DNA of 63,551 nucleotides, filler included, from Octopus bimaculoides (lineage: Eukaryota): NCBI RefSeq assembly GCF_001194135.2. It is 5 parts of 5 records of this genome, joined end to end, with 100 filler letters (N's around TTAATTAATTAA, not from the genome) between each part and the next. Parts side by side here need not be neighbours in the genome. Positions count along the whole stretch, not along the records: positions 22,489 to 35,529 come from NC_068989.1; positions 35,630 to 41,260 come from NC_068999.1; 3 more parts are not named here. The stretch is one strand, 5' to 3'. Each line of letters begins with the position of its first letter. Positions within the stretch are counted from its first letter, which is position 1. A program made the translations under genes and the position numbers. Below the pieces are notes generated by a model, which had not been told where the DNA came from, did not search any database, and saw nothing but the letters and a program-made list of their open reading frames with translations. Shown here in pieces: positions 23,367 to 37,345 of this stretch.

Positions 23367-23989
23367 ATAATTGGTTTTGGCGTAGGAAAACGTACCTGAA
23401 TCTCAAGACGAATTGTCCTATTAAAATCTTGTTATAGATTTATTCATATACCAAACTGGTTTCGACGATATATTGCCTGTCACAAGTAAGCATTAAATAA
23501 ATACATATATATAAACGAAGATCATAACAAATATTCATGACATCCTTTCAATTTTGTATGTTTGTTACGATCTTCATCATTCATTCAAACTTATATTACT
23601 GTCTATCTCTATTACGCATACCTACTTATTCTTTCAGACATACACACAAGCACTCATACGTTTATATGCATAAGGAAGTATATACATACTTACACACATA
23701 CACACACACGCACACACACACACACACACATACACACAAACACACACACACACACGCACATAGATACACAATAATATATTTACGTATGTTTCACATCTCT
23801 ACTGGTGCCCACGCCACAAATAAATATTTCTCTCAACCGCAACAATGCTGTTACAACTACATTAGATTTTTGACAGGCCCGCCCTGCATTACAATTACAC
23901 AGACACCAGAAGCATGAATACACATATAATATAGCGTGCAGTATTAAAAGCGATTTTATCTAAGTAGCAGTTGCTCGCATTGGCTCTAT

Positions 23990-24520
23990 ATAAGTCAATA
24001 GCATAAGACAACTTGAGGCCCCGGGGGAAAGGCGCCTTGATCAACAAGACGAAACATGTAGCTATGTTTGATACAAACGTCTATGATACATTGAGGATCG
24101 GTCAATGTTATATTTCTGTTTCTCTTCGGGTGCGGTGTGTGGTGGTTCGGTCCTCCATCTATATTAACTTCCCGGTAAACTCGCTCCTCGTCATGCATCA
24201 TTATAGTGGAGGGTGATCTCCCTATCAGCCGAAAGCTTGGATATCATTCTATTAAAGCCTGAGAAGGATTCTAATTAAAGCGGTGGAAGGCATTCCTTGT
24301 GGGGATGTTGGTGGTAACCGTCATGGAAATGCCGAATAGTTTGAATATTTATATTAGGTCGTTCCTAAACTTGTTCATGATGAGGCTGTTCCTATGAACT
24401 GAGATTACCAAGCCGTCCTCCTTACAAAAGGCTAACCTATGTGGGCGCCTGCGTTTCTTGAAAGTATCCAAGATAAATATGTCGACGAGTTCGGGTTTAC
24501 TTAGCAGTAAATACGGAAAA
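23990..24520 (-). mobile_element. Penelope-like element RT C-terminal fragment, degenerate
   Basis: One minus frame with stops: ELVDIFILDTF...AFCKEDGLVI...NDLI*IFKLFGISMTVTTN...KRNRNITLTDPQ...FRLVDQGAFPP. Resembles the PLE pattern ELVGLYIL..GLYRDDGL..KIFK..GL.ITI..N...RNIIWFNPP...LIDKHFP. Confidence 0.7.
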
Positions 24521-25131
24521 CAACTAATCCATATATACTGGTCGAAGGATGTACATATCCTCCAAATATAATCTGGAGCTTACTGCCGTTGATTAAGAAG
24601 CTATAACCCAGAAGCTTCTCAACCATCGTAACCTCAAAGTGGATGCTCCTGCTTAGATATTTCGTTTCTAATATTACATGCTACAACAAAAGCAAACATG
24701 CACACGTATACACACAGATACACATGAGTATGTGCATATACTTCTCACCACTTCCCCCACCACTAAATCCCAGTGCAACGCCTGTTCCCCCACCAAACAC
24801 AGTTGTAACCACACTAACATACATCTGTCACACCCGCTCACATGAATACCATATAAATACGTACATACATACTTACATACATACATACATACATGTACAT
24901 ACACACGCGCGCGCGTATATATTTATATATATTATGATATGTAATTGTAAGATCCATAGGTCTAGGTGTAGAAAGCTTCAATCAGTGCATAGTAAGTATA
25001 TAAGTCAATTTTCAGGAATAGTAATACATCATTAACGTTGAGAGTTTTAGATTTTTCCGATATCGAAGATCGATGAATCGAAAAAAGTTATTTTGTGGTT
25101 CACGCTTAGCAACTAGGGTTGCTATGATACA

Positions 25132-26095
25132 AATGAAAATCCTAATTGAGGGAATGGAGTAGGTAATATACACGCAACATATGTTTCCTAGCTAGTAGAA
25201 CCTCGAAAATAAATATTACTTAAGGAGGTGTACTCCATTAACTACTCATTAGGCCGAAGATACCTTAGTTAAATAATGATTACATTGTTGTCAAGGGAAC
25301 CCAAGTTATCTCGCAGAAGATGAGATTTGAAATGAGTGGCGAAGCCGGAACCAGGGTGTGAGAAATAACAAATTAGAAAAACATATGTGGGAAGAAATAA
25401 TGAAAGAAAATTTAATCGATTGGGACTTGAAGATTTTTCTAAGAGAACTGAATAAAATACGCGCGTGCATGCGGTATCCAAACATAGAGTTTTACAGGCA
25501 CACCACCAATTTATCTCGGATTATTATGTTCCCCTAAGGATTAGTAACTTTATCTCCCAACTCCATCACTTTCTTCCTTTCTTGTAGCAAATCCAACTAA
25601 CTCCCACCCCAAAACTTCTCTTACTTTTCTTTTCCTGATAATTTTTCTTCTAAAAATAATTTTTTTCTTCTTTTTGATTCTTATTAAATATATATATAAG
25701 AATATTTTGGTGCAACGATATATTTATTTATTTAACGTAAACGTAGTATATGAACCCAGAATAATATTTGCAATCACCTTGCCCTAGTCAGCTTCAATCT
25801 AACCAAAACTCTCCCTTGATCTCTCCTCACCTTTTCTTTATTCTTAACAACTTTAAACAATTGCGCACTCCCATATTTTATTTCCTTATACATGTTTTTC
25901 TACTTTGATTTTCCACTCTGTTCTTGTGGCCCTCAAAGTTAACTCGAGATTCCTTGACGACAATGTAACATCCATTTAACTAAGGTATCTTCTTTCTCCT
26001 GAGTAGCTACTGGAGTACCCTTCGTTGAATAATTTTTAATTCCAAGATTCTGCTAACTATGAAACCTGTTCCATTCCCTCAGTTAGGATTTACAA
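25132..26095. repeat. Diverged inverted duplication, arms of about 250 bp
   Basis: 25132-25400 resembles the reverse complement of 25870-26095: aaatcctaa.tgagggaatgga, gtactcca.tagctactca, gaagataccttagttaaat, ttacattgt.gtcaagg, tagaaaaacat. Confidence 0.7.
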
Positions 26096-26604
26096 ACACA
26101 CACACACACGCACACAATTTTCATATCTCTTGTGCCACATGGACTGGCAGAGATATGAGTCGACCAGTGTGTCACAGGAAAACAGTATAAAAACCAGTCT
26201 GGTTTTTCGATTGGCTAAAATTACCCAAACTTTGCAAGTTTGAAACGCTATTAACTGTTTATTTACTGATTAATGGCAAATAATGTTTGCCTTCCAATAA
26301 TTAGCATGCAAAACTATATCAATACACGAAATTTGAAATGTATTGGAAAAAAATTGAGGAAATTGAAAAGTGGCATGCACACACACACATACACACACAA
26401 ATTCACACACAAACACACATGTATGTATGTATAATTCTCCTCCCTCACCTCCCCCATACGACCGAATCTCAGTCTAGGACCCTAAGACCACTGTAGCAAT
26501 TATACTAGCACATCTGTTACGCCTGCACACTTAAATACAAAAAGCAATGATACATACATGCATACATACATACATACACACACACAGAGACACACACACA
26601 CACG

Positions 26605-26667
<63 letters not shown>

Positions 26668-29600
26668 CACATATATATACAAACACACACACACGTACAT
26701 CCCAGACAGCGTATATGTTCTTCCAGACAAATAAGCACGCGCTCAGACGTTTATATACAAATGCAAGAAGGAACATAGTTACGCACAAGCAATGATGCAT
26801 GCGTCCTATACAGGCACACGCGGGTATATACAGGCGCTAGCGCATATGTATTCACACGCACATACACAAAGACACATATATAGACTTACACACATCCATA
26901 TATCCAAAAGCACATCGACATCCACCCACTCACGCGTCTGTTAAACATACACACACGCGCGCGCTCATCGGCATTGATTTTGTATGCTTTCCAGAGAGCA
27001 GGAAGCCACCAACTTCTTGTCCAGACACACAATCGAAATAAGTTTCCTTTCTAATGCATCTGGTGTCGCTGGATGCCGATCTTATCCACAAAAATACCAT
27101 CTGACCTGCCCTGGTCAGCATTAACTCATTTTCTAGTAGCCATCTTGGACTTCTTGTGTTCTCTAATCTGTTAACTAAGCCTGATGGAACCAGGTTGCTG
27201 TTAGAAGCCTTTGAAACTATTATGAGGTCCAATTAAAGGGATTTAAACAATAATATAATTAACTCTTATTTGTAGCGGGTTTTTCTTTCGTATTTACGCA
27301 TACATACCTACACACACATAAACACTCGTGTGTGCATATATATATATATTATTGATGAGAATGTTAAAATGAAGAGAACATATTTTATGTCAATTTTAAT
27401 ATTTTATCTTATGAAATTTTGCTGTCTTATATCATTACTACAATAATAAAAGAAAGGAGAAGTAAGTAAGCGATCATGCGATCGCTTGCATATTGAATCA
27501 TATGTACTTAGTCTATATTCGGAAAAAAAACTATCACCATAGACACATATTGTTTGCTTTTAATATTTATTATAGACTAACTGTGGCAAGATCGCAAAAT
27601 TTTTATCACGCCGGATAAAACGCTTAACGGCATTTCGTCTGTCTTTATGTTCTGAGTCGGAATTCTGCCATGGCTGACTTTGCATTTAATTCTTCCAGGA
27701 TAAATACAATAAGTGCGATAAATAAAATAAGAACTTGTTGGCTTTTTGCCGGACTTTGAAATCAATATTTATTATAGATTAAACATTGTTCATCGACTTA
27801 TCTAATACACATGCTTTAACGAAAGTAAAAGCAGTGTGTCTATGCGTATGTCGTCTATTGTGTTTACGCATACATTCTCTATTTGCGATATATTAAAATT
27901 CAGAAAATTGAGATGTAGCATTAATATAATTCATTAACTGCAAAAATTCAACATATGAATAATCAAATTTAAAAAGGAAAATTTTGAAGCATGCTTTGCT
28001 ATATTTCAAACATATTCAGAAATGTATCTTTGACAGTGAACATCCAATTTATATACACTCTAAAGTTATCATCTAGCCGCAAATATCTATAAAGTAAACA
28101 ACTTCTGAAATAACAGGGTTTTAAGAACTTTCATAGCTTAGAACATGAAATATGACAATACCATGTCTATGATAAATTACAATGCTGCAGCGTAATCATT
28201 CGATAGAAAACAGCATCATGTCTATAATGCTAACAATATATACATTTTCTAACACCGAGATATTGCAGAAACATGTCTACAATTGTTGGCACTTTATTAC
28301 ATATATCCGGAAGCTAAAATGCTTATTGAAATTGACACAATCTCTGATAACATGAGCAGCATAGCTCTTCCTTTCATTAAATAGAATCGAAGGAAATGGC
28401 TACAGAACTCAAAATATGGCTTCCTAAATAAGAATGAAATTCAATTCTATAACATTTTCAAAGCACTTCGAGAAAAATTCTAAAATAGTATGTTGATATT
28501 GTAAGCTCTTAGTGGCATTCCTGCGCAAAAAAAATGTCATCAATGCTTACCATAAAGAATTATTTTGTAATTAGCTTTCCTTACAGAAAAATAGAATTCA
28601 TAGGAAGAGAAATAATATACCTTTTTCAAAAAATCTGTTACAATTGTTTTTATATTTTCTGTTTTGATTCGCTATACCAACAATTTCACTTTTGCTCTTG
28701 AAAAATTTCTCAAAAAATAAAGCATAATTCCCTTATGAGAATCTATAGCAGGCGCAACAAAAAACTTTGTAGATCATGATATTTGCAGCGTTCAAAGTTT
28801 TCAAATCAATTGTAATTGAAAAATGAAAAACGAAAATAAAACTAAAGTATATTCTCATAGGTACGTAAGTTGAAATTTTAATGCTTCTCTTTTCTAAGAT
28901 TATTTCCAGCGAGGATAGTAGATAGATGAATGATTAACTGATAACAACTAGAGTTTACTCTGTATACCACCTCTAATATAAACAACTCTTCGGACAAAAA
29001 ATAGAAGAGGCATTTTGTAGTGAGACATATCTGTTCTAGGTTTGGTTGTAAAGCCAGTATGATATACAACGTAAACTGTCAAAACCGAAAGTATACTCGA
29101 CTTTTCAGTATTACTTTTTATTCAACTTTGATAACAAGCACGCAACCGAATTCATCTATATTGAAGTTAGAATTGTATATGTTATTTCTACAACAACAAG
29201 TCACTAGTACACGTGTTGTGTTTAGTATATTTAGGTGTCTGTCAAGTGAATGATAGTTGGGGAATCCCCACTTTTGTGCGCTGCATGTCACCATGGTGGG
29301 AATTTTAACAAAACATTAATTAAATCACTAACAAGCTTCAGTCATTAATTCCTAGACGCACGGCTCCTTTTGAGTATATACTTTTGTTACTATTATCATA
29401 CTTTTCTCCATTCTAAAAAAAAAGTTCCAGGTTTACAAACCATAAGTTCTGGGGTCAATTTGTTTGCCTAAAGGCGGTGTTCCAGCATGGCCGCTATGAA
29501 ATAACTGAAACAAGTAAAAAAGAAAAGGAATACATACATACATGCATACATATAAAGCATCTGCTTTTCCACGCACTCATAGGTCAGATAGATAATGTAT

Positions 29601-29748
29601 AGCCTGTTGCCATTCCTGTCACCAACGCGCACCCCGGTTTCCAAGTAAAGTAATATTTCACCATGCTCATATATAATAAAGTGAAACCAAGGAATCAAAG
29701 GACACCTCTTGCATGACATTGACAGCGAAAGAAACAGAAAGAGAAACA

Positions 29749-29801
<53 letters not shown>

Positions 29802-29874
29802 NNNNNNNNNNNNNNNNNNNNNNNNNNNNNNNNNNNNNNNNNNNNNNNNNNNNNNNNNNNNNNNNNNNNNNNNN

Positions 29875-29942
<68 letters not shown>

Positions 29943-32889
29943 CACAGACACAGATCGAGTTGATCGCTGATGAAACCAAGATGTTCTGGTGACTTTATGA
30001 GCTAGCTTTTTATCTACCATAGATTTGTGCAAATATAATTGTATTGTACTATTCTGAGCTCGCATATTAATGCAAACATCTAAGCATAATTCCGTCCACG
30101 CTGAAATTTATATTTTTAAAGAAGGCTTCGAACTGGCCGCAATCCTGAATGTGTCACGTTGCTGAATAAATGTATATTTGCCTTGCATACATCCTGACTT
30201 TTATGGCTTGCCTATACATTATATGTATATAAATGTAAATAAATTCATATGTNNNNNNNNNNNNNNNNNNNNNNNNNNNNNNNNNNNNNNNNNNNNNNNN
30301 NNNNNNNNNNNNNNNNNNNNNNNNNNNNNNNNNNNNNNNNNNNNNNNNNNNNNNNNNNNNNNNNNNNNNNNNNNNNNNNNNNNNNNNNNNNNNNNNNNNN
30401 NNNNNNNNNNNNNNNNNNNNNNNNNNNNNNNNNNNNNNNNNNNNNNNNNNNNNNNNNNNNNNNNNNNNNNNNNNNNNNNNNNNNNNNNNNNNNNNNNNNN
30501 NNNNNNNNNNNNNNNNNNNNNNNNNNNNNNNNNNNNNNNNNNNNNNNNNNNNNNNNNNNNNNNNNNNNNNNNNNNNNNNNNNNNNNNNNNNNNNNNNNNN
30601 NNNNNNNNNNNNNNNNNNNNNNNNNNNNNNNNNNNNNNNNNNNNNNNNNNNNNNNNNNNNNNNNNNNNNNNNNNNNNNNNNNNNNNNNNNNNNNNNNNNN
30701 NNNNNNNNNNNNNNNNNNNNNNNNNNNNNNNNNNNNNNNNNNNNNNNNNNNNNNNNNNNNNNNNNNNNNNNNNNNNNNNNNNNNNNNNNNNNNNNNNNNN
30801 NNNNNNNNNNNNNNNNNNNNNNNNNNNNNNNNNNNNNNNNNNNNNNNNNNNNNNNNNNNNNNTTCATGTTTTATTCGCCGCCATGCAACATACGGTTTTT
30901 GCATGACCTTGTAACTCGGAGACTTTCTCACTTTGATCCAATACTTCTCTGCATTGAGTGCTCACAGCTTAGGTACTAAAGATGCGTGATTAGAATTTCG
31001 AAGGAAATAATCAAAAAAGGTATTCTTCAAGCGGTGCCAACCGGAGACCTGAGATAAACTATGTACAAGATCGTTGGATAATAGCCTTGGTCCTTGTTGG
31101 TCATGCTTGCAGAAAGTATAATTACAGTTCCTTGCGTAGGACTTTATGACGGGGTGCCTGTGGGCTACTTTTACGTCTCTCCTAGAAATAGTGCGCAGTG
31201 AAGATCGATGGATAGATGGAGAATAATGAGTTTTATAATGAAATAAAGAGTTTTATATAATAAAAATATCTATGTGCTAGTGAAATTTTTAGTGATATGA
31301 CAAGCCGTTTTAGTCTGCAAATGGGTTGCACTAGTCTGGTTATTGCAAACGTTATTTTAAAGTTGCTTTGAAATTATTTGTAGGCTCCACACTTGTATTG
31401 ATAACTAATTTAGTTCATTATTATTTCATTGATGGTTTTATTAGAATCTTGAAATTTTCGATATTCGCATAAAAACAAATGTATTACTATTACAATTTAA
31501 ATTTGATAAGTCCCTCTTAATTCCATTGTTTGTTACTATGATTATTTTCTGGAGACAATTAATCTGTAATCTTTTATTCCAATTAAGAAAGTTATTTCGG
31601 AAAGATATACGGCTCATTAGAATTAGGATCAACAAAAAGTACCCCCTCCAGTGAAACATAAATAAGCTGCAAAACAGCTACTAAGGGTTCCAATGTTGAG
31701 AGATGCAATACACTGGCAGGTTACATAGGACACCATAAATCTCCAATCAATCTTACAGGCTCACTGCACATCATTAGATATATTTAAAATATAGTACGTG
31801 GGTCGATGAGGATACATCAGAAAAAATCAAGAAGGAAACCGATGCGAAGTATGTTGATGCAAAAAAGTGGAAAGAGGAGAAATAACAGAAATTAAAAAAA
31901 GAAACAAGTTTTTCGTCTCCTTTGTAAAAATCAAGATTAATCTAGGTGGTTAGAATATATATATATNNNNNNNNNNNNNNNNNNNNNNNNNNNNNNNNNN
32001 NNNNNNNNNNNNNNNNNNNNNNNNNNNNNNNNNNNNNNNNNNNNNNNNNNNNNNNNNNNNNNNNNNNNNNNNNNNNNNNNNNNNNNNNNNNNNNNNNNNN
32101 NNNNNNNNNNNNNNNNNNNNNNNNNNNNNNNNNNNNNNNNNNNNNNNNNNNNNNNNNNNNNNNNNNNNNNNNNNNNNNNNNNNNNNNNNNNNNNNNNNNN
32201 NNNNNNNNNNNNNNNNNNNNNNNNNNNNNNNNNNNNNNNNNNNNNNNNNNNNNNNNNNNNNNNNNNNNNNNNNNNNNNNNNNNNNNNNNNNNNNNNNNNN
32301 NNNNNNNNNNNNNNNNNNNNNNNNNNNNNNNNNNNNNNNNNNNNNNNNNNNNNNNNNNNNNNNNNNNNNNNNNNNNNNNNNNNNNNNNNNNNNNNNNNNN
32401 NNNNNNNNNNNNNNNNNNNNNNNNNNNNNNNNNNNNNNNNNNNNNNNNNNNNNNNNNNNNNNNNNNNNNNNNNNNNNNNNNNNNNNNNNNNNNNNNNNNN
32501 NNNNNNNNNNNNNNNNNNNNNNNNNNNNNNNNNNNNNNNNNNNNNNNNNNNNNNNNNNNNNNNNNNNNNNNNNNNNNNNNNNNNNNNNNNNNNNNNNNNN
32601 NNNNNNNNNNNNNNNNNNNNNNNNNNNNNNNNNNNNNNNNNNNNNNNNNNNNNNNNNNNNNNNNNNNNNNNNNNNNNNNNNNNNNNNNNNNNNNNNNNNN
32701 NNNNNNNNNNNNNNNNNNNNNNNNNNNNNNNNNNNNNNNNNNNNNNNNNNNNNNNNNNNNNNNNNNNNNNNNNNNNNNNNNNNNNNNNNNNNNNNNNNNN
32801 NNNNNNNNNNNNNNNNNNNNNNNNNNNNNNNNNNNNNNNNNNNNNNNNNNNNNNNNNNNNNAAAACAACAAAGGAAAGAAAGGGACCTT

Positions 32890-33015
32890 GATATTATGCA
32901 TATAGAGGAATTTATCTGTAAATAATATGTGACAGTTATTCGGTTGCCATGATAAAACTCCGAGTTTCGGATGACGGGGCGGAAACCCACGCCGCCATCT
33001 TTTCAGTTATCTGGC
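32890..33015 (-). ncRNA. Hammerhead ribozyme-like motif (type I) within a small repeat; core mutated (CUGAAAA)
   Basis: Minus strand gccagataa CTGAAAA gatggcgg cgtgggtttccgcc ccgtcatc c GAAAC tcgga GTT ttatcatggc. Stems I and II pair fully; stem III is palindromic. Confidence 0.55.
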
Positions 33016-34606
33016 CATGACGTTCTTATGACAACACAAAGGGTGATCACGATTGATTGATTTATTTATGAAAGGCGACTACAATAATTCATAAATATAA
33101 GAAATATTTACATTGCTTTATTAAAATATAAAATCTTAAAGAAAGAGATCATTGGTGTATTAGAATGAATGGATCGTATTTGAGAGTAAAGTGAGTGGCT
33201 AACGTCTATCGGAAGATACTTTTACTAGCAGCAGCCATGCAGTATCCTGTGTTCAGTTATGATAGTAATGATATGGTTAATTATTTGGAATACTACGACG
33301 ATGTATAGGCATATTCGTAAAAACTAGATAGTTCTCAATTGGTCGGACTTGCAATATATTCCGTCTCTAAATCAGACGTGCAGCGCTTGATGTAATAACT
33401 GCGTATAAGTGTGTTATATACAAAAAAGTTAATTAGAATCAATCAGTCCTAATGTTTGCAATTATAGATGATGTAGCATTGTTAGAATAGAGAGGTAGAA
33501 ACATATCCCTCACGCTGCCCTTATTATATGTAGGTAGATGTAGGATTTATGTATGATTTTGAAAATGTTTCACATTATTCATATGTACATAATCTGAATT
33601 TTTCTTGGCAGTTTTATAATGAAAAAATGGTGAATCAATGAAAAGCATCAATACAAAAGGGAGTAATGTATATTCGTATAGATTTGCTTTGTATTTTTAA
33701 GGATTACATTTAGAAAAAAGCCCATCTCTTTATGTAATTAGACGTATTGCAAATATGCCAGTATACTGAATATTAGAAAATATAATTGAAAGAGTATTAG
33801 TTATTTTTATTGCCCAAAAGGGGCTAAACATAGAGGGGACAAACAAGGACAGACAAAGGGATAAAGTCGATTACATCGACCCCAGTGCGTAACTGGTACT
33901 TATTTAATCAACCCCGAAAGAATGAAAGCAAAGTCTACCTCGGCGGAATTTGAACTCAGAAGGTAATGGCAGACAAAATACCGCTAAGCATTTCGCCTGT
34001 CCTGATCACAATTCTGCCAACTCGCTGTGTTTTAGTGGTAACTCTTTATGTGTGTCACGATCTCAGATTAAAGTTGTAAAGTGTTACCTGTTATAACTTG
34101 TTTTTCAACAAACCTTTCGCCAATGCAGCGTAATTCACTTTTATGTACCTTGTAAATAGTACCTTCTAATTATGTGTGCTCTTCAAATATACAATTTTGT
34201 CAGTTTCAATCCATCGAATGCATGTATAAATGAGAGAATAAATAAGAAATAAAAATAATGGGCATATATAAAGTACACTCCAGGATAGATAAAAAACTAT
34301 ATCCTATATTCTCTCATGAAATGTACTCCTATAATATGTATATCGAAATCAAAAATGAAACATACTTTATAGTAATGCCAGTAATTTGAACAATATAAAC
34401 TAAGTATGAACATCGTTAAACTGTAACTCACATCATTATAGCTATTTATGGAAAGGAGCCTTCAGGCCATAACATTATCGGCGAATACGATATTTCTCTC
34501 GTAATTAAGAATGTAAACGTTTAAAAATACATATCTATACATAACTGCACAGTACACTCACATATATTTATATCTATATTTATCTATCTGCCTGTCTGTC
34601 TGTCGC

Positions 34607-34642
<36 letters not shown>

Positions 34643-34834
34643 CCTACCTACCTATCTCTCTATCTCTCTATCTCTCTATGTCTCTATCTATCTATCTATT
34701 TATCTATCTATTTACCTATATATNNNNNNNNNNNNNNNNNNNNNNNNNNNNNNNNNNNNNNNNNNNNNNNNNNNNNNNNNNNNNNNNNNNNNNNNNNNNN
34801 NNNNNNNNNNNNNNNNNNNNNNNNNNNNNNNNNN

Positions 34835-34897
<63 letters not shown>

Positions 34898-35305
34898 ATT
34901 TATATGTGTTTGTGTGTGTGTATGAACATAATGATGCGTGCGTTTTTGCGTATGTGTTTTTATTTGTATATACGTTTTCAGCATGTGCGTGTAGAAATGT
35001 ATATATGAATGCAGTGATGCGTGAATATGTGCGTGAGTATGTGTGTGTATATGTGTGTATGCGTAGACATATATATGTATGTATGTGTGTTTGTATGTAT
35101 ATGTACACATATGTGTGAGTATGTTTATAGATAGATATACATACATGTGTGTGGGCTTACATGTATGTGTGTGTATACGCGTGCATGTGCGTACATGTAT
35201 GTCTGTGTATATGTGTGGAAATGTTGATTCTATGAATGAAGTATTACTTTCACCATCCCTATTGGAGTAATTTCCCTTTATTCAACGATTTTCTTCATAG
35301 CGTTT

Positions 35306-35425
35306 GGTCTCGATAACTGATGAGATGCTGGTGCAGATTTCAGCCCTGGTATGCGAAACTCTGAGTTTATTATGACAGCCAACTAAGTGTCTCACATTAT
35401 ATTTACAGATAAGTTCCTCTATTTT
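35306..35425 (+). ncRNA. Second copy of the hammerhead-like repeat; core intact, stems decayed
   Basis: gataa CTGATGA gatgctgg tgcagatttcagcc ctggtatg c GAAAC tctga GTT tattatgac. Spacing is identical to the first copy and homology continues (atttacagataa.ttcctctat). Confidence 0.5.
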
Positions 35426-35529
35426 ACATTATAACGAGGTCTCATTCATTCTTTTGTTGTGATATTATTATTAATATATATATATGTATATCGTGAAACC
35501 TACAAATAATTATATATATATATATATAT

Positions 35530-35629
35530 NNNNNNNNNNNNNNNNNNNNNNNNNNNNNNNNNNNNNNNNNNNNTTAATTAATTAANNNNNNNNNNNNNNN
35601 NNNNNNNNNNNNNNNNNNNNNNNNNNNNN
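35530..35629. other. Scaffold-joining linker
   Basis: 44 N + TTAATTAATTAA + 44 N. Confidence 0.95.
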
Positions 35630-35671
<42 letters not shown>

Positions 35672-36058
35672 TATATATTTATGTACGTGTATGGGTAATA
35701 TGAATATGTGCATATATGTGCATATACAAAGATAGAAAAAGAAAGAAAAGAAAGGGAGAAGTAGAAAAAGGTTTCTCTCTCTATATATACACGCATACGT
35801 ACACCTACACATACACACACACACACACGCGCGCGCCTACACACACACACACACACATATATAGCTTTATACAAAGAAAGATATATAAATACACAATAAC
35901 ATGATTATTTATAACTATACTTAACGTAATATTTAACACATTATATTCACATATGCAGTGTACCGTTATATCGCAAATACATAATAATGATATATTTATT
36001 TATTTATATATACACATATATGTATGCATACACATGTAGACACACACGCATATATATT

Positions 36059-36108
<50 letters not shown>

Positions 36109-36287
36109 ATTCTATACAATCTGTAAGCGGTGTTAACAAAGACCATATTTACAGTTCAATAAGGTTTCCAATATTAAAGCAAAATAAAATTTTGGCATTG
36201 TAACTGGTTGGTCTACACCTGCAGCAGTAGTAGCAGCATCAGCAGCTGCAGTAGTAGTGATAGTGGTGGTGGTAGTANNNNNNNNNN

Positions 36288-36324
<37 letters not shown>

Positions 36325-36496
36325 GCTGCTGTTTCTAAATTATTGAGTGACTTCATAAAGGCTCCTTCATTGCTATGAACAAAGAGCTCGTGAATACACC
36401 TGCGGGAAGGCGGCTTTCTGCTTACTAAATGCCAACACACACACACACAAGCAAGCAAACGCACACACACACACACAGACACAAAGGCACACACAG

Positions 36497-36541
<45 letters not shown>

Positions 36542-36786
36542 NNNNNNNNNNNNNNNNNNNNNNNNNNNNNNNNNNNNNNNNNNNNNNNNNNNNNNNNNTT
36601 TTTTAATTTTTAATTTTTCATTAAAATCCTTCCATAAACTCCAGACAATGTTCTATCATTTTCCCGCTCAGCGACTAATATTCTTGACCAGGGACTTCAA
36701 CTTGAGTGGTGAGTTTTCTCGCTAAAAACACACAGCTTCGATTGCAATCGCACGCGTGCGCACACACACACACACACATACACACA

Positions 36787-36838
<52 letters not shown>

Positions 36839-36934
36839 AGTGTGTGTGTATGTATATACATTTATATATTACAGTTAGTTGAACATTTTTTTTATACCCG
36901 AGTTTATTGTATGCAAATACCCCCATCACTTCAA

Positions 36935-37345
36935 TGCTCAAAATGTTATCCCCATCAAGTCCTTTGTGTCTGAATTCTGCAAGGACCTACCAACATGAAA
37001 ATGTGTGTCAGACGTCTCTGACCAAAGCGTTCAATGGCCCTTAAATGTTGTCGGTAAAGGGTCCCTGTCTCACATAAGTAAATGAGAGACGTTAAGACAA
37101 CACACACACTACACAGTAACTTTTGTTTGCCTTGTGATGCCATGTTGGGTGAGAAAAGCCCTGAAAGAATCAGTTGCCTTCCGAAGCCTTAAAGATATTT
37201 TATCATCCAAGGGGCAATAACAACTGAATGGGTTGCCCAGGTAAACAAATTTGTCTAGCACTTTCAGTACAGTTCCTCCAACAGAGGGGTTTCCTGATAC
37301 AGGCTGGATCATTACAAAGGTTCTCCCAAGTTCCTTGCTAGATGT
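36935..37345 (-). mobile_element. BovB-like RTE LINE fragment (RT end/thumb)
   Basis: [13 protein letters not shown]...[15 protein letters not shown]...[10 protein letters not shown], then VLTSLIYLCETGTLYRQHLRAIERFGQRRLTHIF. Confidence 0.85.

Noticed and set aside
26930-27232. 100-aa minus-strand ORF in non-repetitive DNA (RWLLENELMLTRAGQMVFLW...)
   Set aside because: No recognisable motif, weak splice signals, and a non-ATG start; cannot be supported without homology or RNA data.
27950-28800. AT-rich stretch with long semi-open frames, possible L1/Tx1 remnant
   Set aside because: No diagnostic RT, endonuclease or zinc-knuckle motif could be read.
30865-31240. Possible mariner transposase remnant
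   Set aside because: Only vague resemblance (LHD..., RW...GE); no DDD motif, YSPDL or TIR recovered.
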